Source: Eledone cirrhosa (Eukaryota). Taken from it: a stretch of 64,000 bases of DNA. Position 1 is the first letter of the stretch, and every line of letters starts with the position of its first letter. The translations under genes and the position numbers were made by a program. The notes under the pieces are model-generated. The model saw nothing but the letters and a program-made list of their open reading frames with translations. It did no database searches and was not told the DNA's origin. Shown piece by piece: positions 54,896 to 64,000 of this stretch. Where the stretch lies: the NCBI GenBank assembly GCA_964016885.1, contig OZ024743.1, positions 216,628,001-216,692,000 on the forward strand. Reading direction: 5' to 3'.

Positions 54896-56350
54896 CAATA
54901 TATACCAGTTTTATAAATAAACATTGACGTACCCTTTCAAAATGCAACCGTTACTTTTGGAAGACATCAGGATACTGGTTTGTTTATTTTAGTAAGTCGT
55001 TGTGTTAAGGAGAAGTAAAAAGACCGAGAGAGAAACGTGGAGAAAAGAAAGGGAGAGATAAAAAAAGAAAAAGAAGAAAGAAAAAAGAAAAAAGAAAACA
55101 GAGGAAAACAACAGAGAGATATCAAACCACCAGACAGAGAGAAAAAATCAAGAGAGAGAAATATAGAGATATAGAGAGGGGGAGAGAACGAAAACCTTAA
55201 GTCATGTCATATTAAGTTGAGTTAACAATTGAGATGAAATGAATAAATAAAATTAGAAATATTAATATTCATGAATATAATATGAGAAATTAATCATTGT
55301 TTAATTATGATTAGATATTTAGTTTAAAAATTGAGATCAATATATTAAAAATTGGAATTTAAACATTACGAAATATATATATTGCTAGAGATTACCTATC
55401 ATATAGCACGTACATATAGGCAAAGATACATAAATATATATATACACACACACACTTAGAAAATACACATTATATCTACTCCCGCATATAATATATACAT
55501 ACAAAGCATAAGTGATTTTTTTATTACTGCTAGACATTCCTTGTGTTATTAAATAAAAATCTTTAGTATATATATATAAATATATAGGATTAACTTTCAT
55601 GCATTTATGTCTGTTAAATTATGCATATCTGCAATCAAAACTGCATGGGTAACCATGTACATGCACACACATGTAAATATGTGTGTGCATCTTCACCCAA
55701 TTGGTAGACACGCGTCACTCATGCATATATACAGACAGACATATACTCATAAAAAAGCATATAACACATGTATATGTATGTTAATACCCATATATACATA
55801 CATAGTCATATAGAGATAAGTATACCTCAATATATTACATAGTACAATTGAGTATATAAAATACAAAAGGATTATATTTTGGAAATATAATTATATCAAT
55901 ATAACTTAAGAACAAAAGAATTCTACAAATATCAAAATATTAAAATATTTTAAAATATTATAGAATATTTTAAGTTAAAATAATATGTTTAATAGATTTA
56001 GTATAGAAATTTATCTTACGTATATTTTAATCAAGATATTGAAAGGATAAACTTTTGAAAAGTATGAGAAGCTATCCGAATAAAAACAAACCCAATAAAA
56101 AATAAATAAAATATTATATCAATATAACTTTAAAAAAACAATAATTCTACAGATATCAAAATATTAAAATATTTTAAAATATTATAGAATATTTTAATTT
56201 AAAATAATATGTTTAATATATTTAGTATAGAAATTTATCTTACGTATATTTTACTCAAGATATTGAAAGGATAAACTTTTCTAGAATAGTTTATCATATT
56301 TATATTTATATTTAGGAAGAAAACTTATTTATACTTAAGTACTTAACCAA

Positions 56351-56915
56351 AGAAAATGAAAAAGGTGAAGGAATCTAATGATTTATCGAGAGGTTTCATA
56401 TATTAACCAAATTACTTAATTAGTTATACTACATTTTAAATTTATATTTATATTTAAACGTTGAATTCAATCTATGTCTGCAGCAACTGAATAAATTATT
56501 CCTTAAATTAAGGAAATTTTTGTTCTTTAATATAAAGAATATTTCCTCTATACAAAGATCGCAATTTTCTGAAGAGGAATTAAAAGGAGTAGCTTCTGAA
56601 ATAATATTCCATATATATATATATATATAAAAGAAATATATATATGTATATATATATGGAATATTTTTGAGAAGCTACTCCTTTTATTTCTTCTTCAGAA
56701 AATTGCGATCTTTGTATAGGGGAAATATTCTTTATATTAAAGACCAAAAATTTCCTTAATTTAAGGACTAATTTATTCAGTTGCTGCAGACATAGATTGA
56801 ACTCAACGTTTAAATATAAATATAAATTTAAAATGTAGTATAATTAATTAAGTAAGTTGGTTAATATATGAAACCTGTCGATAAATCATTAGATTCCTTC
56901 ACCTTTTTCATTTCT
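56351..56915. mobile_element. Tail-out palindrome of a Naiad-like PLE C-terminus
   Basis: Right arm reads SSENCDLCIGEIFFILKTKNFLNLRTNLFSCCRHR; left arm is its reverse complement; short TA-rich centre. Confidence 0.8.
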
Positions 56916-56976
56916 TTTGAGATACGAAATATTTATACAAATTGTATAAAGCTATGCTTGAAGCGAAATCCTATTT

Positions 56977-57068
<92 letters not shown>

Positions 57069-58749
57069 AAATAGGATTTCGCTTCAAGCATAGCTTTATA
57101 CAATTTGTATAAATATTTCGTATCTCAAAAGAAATACGGTTTTAGGGAGCCGTAGCTATGCAAACACCGGGGGGATGACGCCCTCTGGTGAATATATATA
57201 TATATATATATATTGAGTATATGTTGGTTGTTTACCGACACCTCAGTATGCAGATTGGAGCATTCGGCGCAGTACGCAGGTTGGCTTGTTTACTCCGGCG
57301 TAATGTAAAATAATTAAGTCAAACATGTAAAATTTGGCTTCGTTTATTATAAATTCTTTGCTATATATATTTCGCTGACAGCTATTATTGGCTGTGACCT
57401 CCTCAGACAGGTAAACATGTTGTTGAAGTGTGTTCCACTCTGTCAATTCATCGATATGTCCAGCTCGTGGGTGTGTTGTTAGTCCGCGGACCAACTGGAA
57501 TCATATGGGCTAGAACAAACGAATTTCAGTGTCAGAGGACACATTCGTACCCCATTGGTCAGTTGTCATACCACTTCCCTGTCGAAAGTCTATAGAAATT
57601 ATTCAGAGACAGGTCAGCCTGTTATAGTTGTTTTTATCAGAATGATTAAGTACAGCTGACCTCCTTTACTGTGGCGATAGTGGTAGTGGTGTTAAGAGGT
57701 CAGCTATCAGGTCAACCATAGTATTCTGCTGCTATGATCTGATGAATTTATGTGTGTAGACTGGCATATATCCTGCCACCATTTCACGTGGTGGGGGATG
57801 CCAAACAAATAATGAATGCGTGTGTGTTACAACCGATATAAAACATTTTGAAAAATATAAAAGGAAATAAAAAAACCTGTGTGTAAGAATCTAGAAGTGT
57901 AAAGAATTACAGTTCTTATTTTCGCATAGAGTACATACGTGTGATGGTCCGTAAGCGCACATCGTTGCGCGTGCAAACACAGGCTCAGGTGCATTCACAT
58001 ATTTACGTCCACACAGTCCAACAAAAGATGGGTGCGTTTTAAAAACAAATGAGGTAAAAGTGGAGTAAAAAATAAAATACCAGAAAACCTGTGTCAAAAT
58101 CCAGAAGTGTGATGGACTACAATTCTTATTTCAGCATGAAGTACATATGCGTATATCTTCGACAACGCACACCCTTGCACTCACACATGCTCAGGCGCAT
58201 TCCCATATTACATCTACACAGTCACACACAGGCATAAATGCAGGCATACACACAATTCCATACATGCCCACATGTGGTTACACACACACGGATACAGGGT
58301 CAAAATTCACCTCTGGAGGTGGGGAATGGGTGAGTAGTAGTAATAGGCGCGTCCTATTTACTTGTGGTATTTATCACTGACTCAAGCGTGCGAAGTGGGT
58401 CGAGTACGAGGCAGGATATCCTCCGGGTACTCGGGTCACAAACTGGGGTTGGGCGTTGGGGCCCGCTATTCGGAAACTTGGGGTGCCTGTTTGCACAGAG
58501 GATAGAACTCCACCGACGTACTTTGTCTCTTTATATCATCTAGTGTCAGCTAACTTGAGTTCTAGTTAAGGAAGTGAGAGACAGGGGTTAACCACAGCGG
58601 TGTGAGGCATGGTTTTAGCTGCTAGGTAGCTGTGTTGCTATAGGAGCTAATCGAGGCGGCAGTAGAGGTGGGGATAGAGGCGGGTGTAGGGGGTGGTTCC
58701 ATTCGGCTCTGTGTGACGGGGCTGCTGTCCCTATAGCTTGAGGGAAGTT

Positions 58750-59140
58750 CCGGCCCTGAGGTGTCTACATGTACCAAAGAAGTCGGTCCTGATATTGATT
58801 AGGCTACACTGAGTATCTCGAGGGTCTCGCTCAGACAGAGGTTGCAGATGCAAGGTTGCACTTTCCTGATTTGGAACCAGGACAGAGAGTTACGGGGTCC
58901 TCTCCAGCTTGAGCCTCTAGATAATTTCGGAAAGAGCCGTACTTTTCCTTTTGCCCTCCTTATTAAAGGAATCGCGATGGTTATACCTTTTCTCTTTGAA
59001 ACTCGCTGATGTGGCTCCTATGAAAAGGTGCTCAGAGTTGGGGGTATTACTCTACATCCGTATAGTAAGTTCTTCATTAGGTATTCATTACTAAGGGGGC
59101 ATAATGTGGGGGATCTGCAGTTGCAGGAGGTGGTCGACAC
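58750..59140 (-). pseudogene. Decayed Naiad-like Cys linker + GIY-YIG domain
   Basis: Minus: CNCRSPTLCPL, NLLYGCRV, FIGATSASFKEKRYNHRDSF, STALSE, CNLCLSE, GTCRH. Confidence 0.8.
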
Positions 59141-60336
59141 CGGAGTGCCTATTGTGGGGTTCCCATTGCGTAGTAAAGGGTGGTCTGCTTCTTAGCTCGG
59201 TGGGGGGTACCTGGGTCTGTTTGGGTTCCCAGGGTGGGTTCCGGGTCCACCGTTTCTTCCCTCCACATGGCTCTGCTGGGTGCCTATATTGTCATTTGCT
59301 GGCTGTGCGTAGTTTCTCAGTCTACTACTTTCGATTCTAGCTATGTGCTGGGCTACGTTGCGCGTGGTAGAATATTTCTCATATGTATCTCCTATCTCAT
59401 TTTGCATATATGTATTGTGTGTATTTTTTTTGTATTTTTTGTGTATTTTTTGTGTTTTTTTTGTGTATTTTTTGTGTATTTTATATTTATAATTTTTGGG
59501 GGTTTTGTTCTGTGATAGAAATACTAAACTATGTATTCGCCTAACTACTACCTTTCATACTGTAATTTACCCACCGTTCTATTGTACGGTACTATCGTTC
59601 AATATGTAGATAATATATCTGTAACATTGATCCCCCTTTCAAAACTTCTTACTATAACTTAAGCATCTCCCTAGTATTAGTTATTATATGTGCATATATT
59701 GTTTTACTCACTTCAATCTAGATACTAACTTGTAATTTGTTATTTCTGATTTTTAATTTTTAGTTTTAATTTCTAACTCTTATTCATAATTTCCACAGTG
59801 AAACCATAATACCTAGACATAAGTATATATTCTCTTAGGGGTTGATGGTCAATTCTACTGTCCATGCTTAATTTAAGGTAGTATTGAGACCTATTGATAC
59901 TCATACTCTCCCAACCCCACAGCTTTCGGCCGGATGCCACTAACAGGGTGGCTAGCAGTAAGCTATAACCGTGTCATATTACAAGCCTGGATGGGGTTAT
60001 TGTTTGGTTGAGAGGGGGCACAGCCTAGGCGAGTTTCGTAGAACTCTGTGGTAGTTGATGGTCAACTTCCTTCGGACCTGCGCCGCGCAGAACGGTGGGG
60101 TTGAATTGGTACTCACAATGGAACGGGCAAAGAACTCAAGAGAACACGCTTTGTCCGTTCCCATGGCGATTCAATTTGGATTGCCTCGGAAACATAACCT
60201 TATTATGTAACAAGCTGTGTGACGATGTCGCGGCACTGGCGCACAGAACCATGTGGCCACTGTAGCCATTAAAATATGTATCACATCATTATCATTAAAG
60301 GACTTTAACATCTGAAACTACTTTGCTTTTTCTTAT

Positions 60337-60448
<112 letters not shown>

Positions 60449-60831
60449 ACATACAGTCAGTTCCCCATACGCTGGAATCTAGAGAGGGAAAATGAGTCAG
60501 GCAATATGCATGATGCGTGACGCAGTAATTATATAGATGATTTCTTGGATCTAATATAGGCATTTTCTCGGTAATTAGCTTTGTTTTATTGAATGCACTA
60601 GTTGCGAGTTTGGCATTCGATGGGCTGATCCATTTTCTGTTTTGTATATTATTAGATTTGTTTTCGGAATGTATTATTTACTTAGAGATAACTAGCTGAA
60701 ACCGTCGAGCTAAAAGTAGATCCTCTACATTCACTATTTCCACTCTACATCTTACCATATATTGAGTACGCCTTTGATTTGTGGACTCCCCTATCTCAGT
60801 ACCTCAGACTGTCAATATATATATATATATT

Positions 60832-60841
<10 letters not shown>

Positions 60842-60919
<78 letters not shown>

Positions 60920-60994
60920 CGTGCGTGCATGTGTGTGTGCGTGTGTGTGTGTGTGTGTGTGTATGTGTGTGTGTGTGCGTGTGTGCGTGTGTGT
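60842..60994. repeat. (GT)n microsatellite
   Basis: Direct reading. Confidence 0.95.
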
Positions 60995-61073
60995 AGAAGT
61001 AAGTATACATTATCTAACTATCTGCATGTATATAAATACACATATATAGTTCTACGTTTATATATATATATAT

Positions 61074-61470
61074 AAATGGAAAAAATGAAACGACATTTCA
61101 TTTCTCACACTTAGTACGTTGGTTACTTAAATATAAGTATGTATACGTAGATACATATATGTATACAGACGTACAGTAGTATGTATATATATATACATAC
61201 ATGCATACATATATATATATGTACGTATGGATTTACCGAACATTTATTATAATGCTCAGTTTGTTTGTAAACAAACATCCCGAATTAAGCCGTACAGTGT
61301 TTAGCAACCATCGTTGCCCTTTTGTTCAACACTGACAAAGGAACGATGTACTAGTTTCAAGCTTATTAGCTATCGTCAGCACCGTCTGTATATATATGAT
61401 GTATGTATATATATATACATACTACTGTACGTCTGTATACATATATGTATGTACGTATACATACTTATAT
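61074..61470 (-). mobile_element. Dispersed relative of the 422-bp unit with intact HHR (61343-61385) and short inverted arm
   Basis: Minus: ACGGTG-CTGACGA-TAGCT(AATA)AGCTT-GAAA-CTAG-TA-CATCGT; TA-flanked. Confidence 0.85.
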
Positions 61471-62513
61471 ATATATATAGGAGGGAGTGTATTTGTGTAA
61501 CAAAGTTTTTCCATAATATATATTAAGATTTAATAGCTCGATTCACTTCATCATCAACAATGCTAGTTCTTTGTCGATTGCCATTTGTCTTTGAGTACTG
61601 ACTTTAATTCCTCTCATTAAAATGGTCAAAAAGCTTTTTGCTTTCTGAATCATATTATTTTTATGAACAAATCTGGTATTATGAAGGCAACAGTATGGAA
61701 GGAAGGATGGGTACATGTCCAGAATTCAAGAAAGCTGCATTTGGGAAAATTTGATTAGCTCAATTGCCGTTTAAAATACTGGATTTTATTTTTGATTGAG
61801 AAAGTGGACGACAATGAAAGCGGGGTTGAGGGCGGTGCTTAAGTCTTATGCCAGGGAATATTGACGAATTTGAAGTTGAATGTCGAATGAGGATGTGCGT
61901 AATGAGCGTGGATAGGGAAGGAAATAGATGAAGTGATAAGGACACCATATCTTAGATGTGAAGTCGACTATGCGGCTAGAGGAACTAGAAAGTGAGTGTA
62001 GAAAGTTTCAATGCTTCAATCAATGAAACATGAATTGATGAAATTGAAGTGAAGATGGGGAAGGTGAGAAATAATAAGTTGGAAGTTGGCTGAAATTCAA
62101 CGACGAAAAATAAAAAAAATAATAAAAAGATTAATTAAGGTTGACAGATCAGCGGAAAGTGTTGCCATGTGGGAATAAATTTGTGCTGCAATAGAACAGT
62201 TCATATAGACTATATTATATTGAGTTTGAATAAATCGATCATATTCTTCGTCAAAATAAGGCTTGACATTTTAGGAAAAACAATAACTAATTACTGGAAA
62301 AACAACTATAACAACGATTCTTGTTATTACTAAATAATGATTTCAACAATAATGAAAATAAAACCGATATATATATATATAAGGTATCTATTTTTGAAGA
62401 TCTAGTTAACTTTATTTAGTTACCTACCTATCTATGTGTGCTTACACGCTTGTAAAAATTATCCCCTGTGATTGTTTCATATGTTTATTTATATGTAAAT
62501 CAATTTCTAGTTG

Positions 62514-62561
<48 letters not shown>

Positions 62562-62695
62562 GGTATATTGTTATTATTGTTGAAATCGTTATTTAGTAAT
62601 AACAAGAATCGTTGTTATAGTTGTTTTTCCAGTAATTATTTAATGTTTTCCCTAAAATGTCAAGCCTTATTTTGATGAAGAATATGATCGATTTC

Positions 62696-63065
62696 GGGCG
62701 CACCGAAAACGATAAATGGAAAAAATGAAACGAAATTTCATTTCTCACTCTTAGTACGGCTGTTACTTAAATATAAGTATGTATACGTACATACATATAT
62801 GTATACAGACGTACAGTAGTATGTATACATGCACACATATATATATGTACGTATGGATTTACCGAACATTTATTATAATGTTCGGTTTGTTTGTAAACAA
62901 ACATCCCGAATTAAGTCGTACAGTGTTTAGCAACCATCGTTGCCCTTTTGTTCAGCACTGACAAAGGAACGATGCACTAGTTTCAAGCTTATTAGCTATG
63001 GTCAGCACCGTTTGTATATATATGATGTATGTAGATACATACTACTATACGTCTGTATACATATA
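62696..63065 (-). mobile_element. Dispersed relative of the 422-bp unit with mutated HHR (62969-63011)
   Basis: Core reads CTGACCA and the triplet GUG; same truncation point as the 61074 copy. Confidence 0.85.
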
Positions 63066-63305
63066 TATATATATGTGAAAGGTAAACAGAAATAACAACA
63101 CAATCGGTACAGTATATGGAAGGTATATATTAGGTTAATGCTTGATATAGCAGGTAGAGGGTCTTAACGTTTTGGACGCTAGTCCTCCATTAGAAGAAAG
63201 AATGAGAAATAAAATAGATTCAGGCGACGGGCGGATTGGAATTGGAAAAAATTTGAAAAAAGTTTTTAGATGAACATAACAGGTCCATTCATGTTGACTT
63301 CTCTT

Positions 63306-63379
<74 letters not shown>

Positions 63380-63429
63380 TACATAAAGAGAAGTCAACAT
63401 GAATGGACCTGTTATTTTTATCTAAAAGC

Positions 63430-63831
63430 TCACTGGATATGCAAATTAGACTGCTCAGCCGTTAATAAGCATAAGGAAAGTATATACTTTCAGACGTTCA
63501 ACCATCTGGCAGGAAGGTATACGATGCTGACGATAGTTAATAAGCTTGAAACTAGTACATCGTTCCTCTGTCAGTGTTGTACAAAAAGGTGACGTGGTTG
63601 CCTAAACACTGTACGGCGTAATTCGGGCTCTTTGTTTGTTTACAAACATACCAAGCACTATAATGAATGTTCGGTAAACCGATACGTGCATATGTATATG
63701 TGTGCATGTATGTATATATATACATACTACTGCACGTCTGTATACATATATGTATGTACGTATACATACATACTTACATTTAAGTAACTGCCTCACTAAG
63801 AGTGAGAAATGAAATTTCGTTTCATTCTCTT

Positions 63832-63835
<4 letters not shown>
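63430..63835 (+). mobile_element. Near full-length monomer of the 422-bp family with intact HHR (63521-63563)
   Basis: ACGATG-CTGACGA-TAGTT(AATA)AGCTT-GAAA-CTAG-TA-CATCGT; ends in (TA)n. Confidence 0.85.
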
Positions 63836-63911
<76 letters not shown>

Positions 63912-64000
63912 ATACTTGGGGAGGGTCATATTTGTGTAATATTGCCAGAATTAATAACAGAACACACTCATTGTTTGGCTGGTTTTCGCTTCTCGCTGTC

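Noticed and set aside
57400-57600. Possible Merlin/IS1595-like transposase remnant (TTDQW, H.NSFV on minus)
   Set aside because: Too few residues across broken frames; needs a translated search.

Overview
AT-rich animal genomic DNA, full of (TA)n and (CA)n microsatellites. It is probably cephalopod (Octopus-like), inferred from the tRNA-derived SINE family. No host gene is recognisable, and most listed ORFs are microsatellite or antisense artefacts. The window is dominated by Penelope-like retroelements (PLEs; RT + GIY-YIG) of at least three lineages (Neptune-like, Naiad-like, Nematis-like). Most are arranged as tail-out inverted duplications, often ending in (TA)n. Reading both strands shows about 18 minimal type I hammerhead ribozyme (HHR) motifs in 6-7 sequence families, including a U3-A8 core variant and a recurrent C4 variant. 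The most striking object is a non-coding 422-bp unit with one intact HHR per unit, present as a 3.4-copy tandem array plus an inverted arm (31381-33170). Dispersed relatives at 61-64 kb show stem covariation. It is a candidate retrozyme (ribozyme-processed, circRNA-forming, PLE-mobilised element). Also present: SINEs with TSDs, R4/Dong, RTE, Helitron and Gypsy fragments, and foldback elements. All alignments and folds were done by eye; clade names are motif-based, not from searches.
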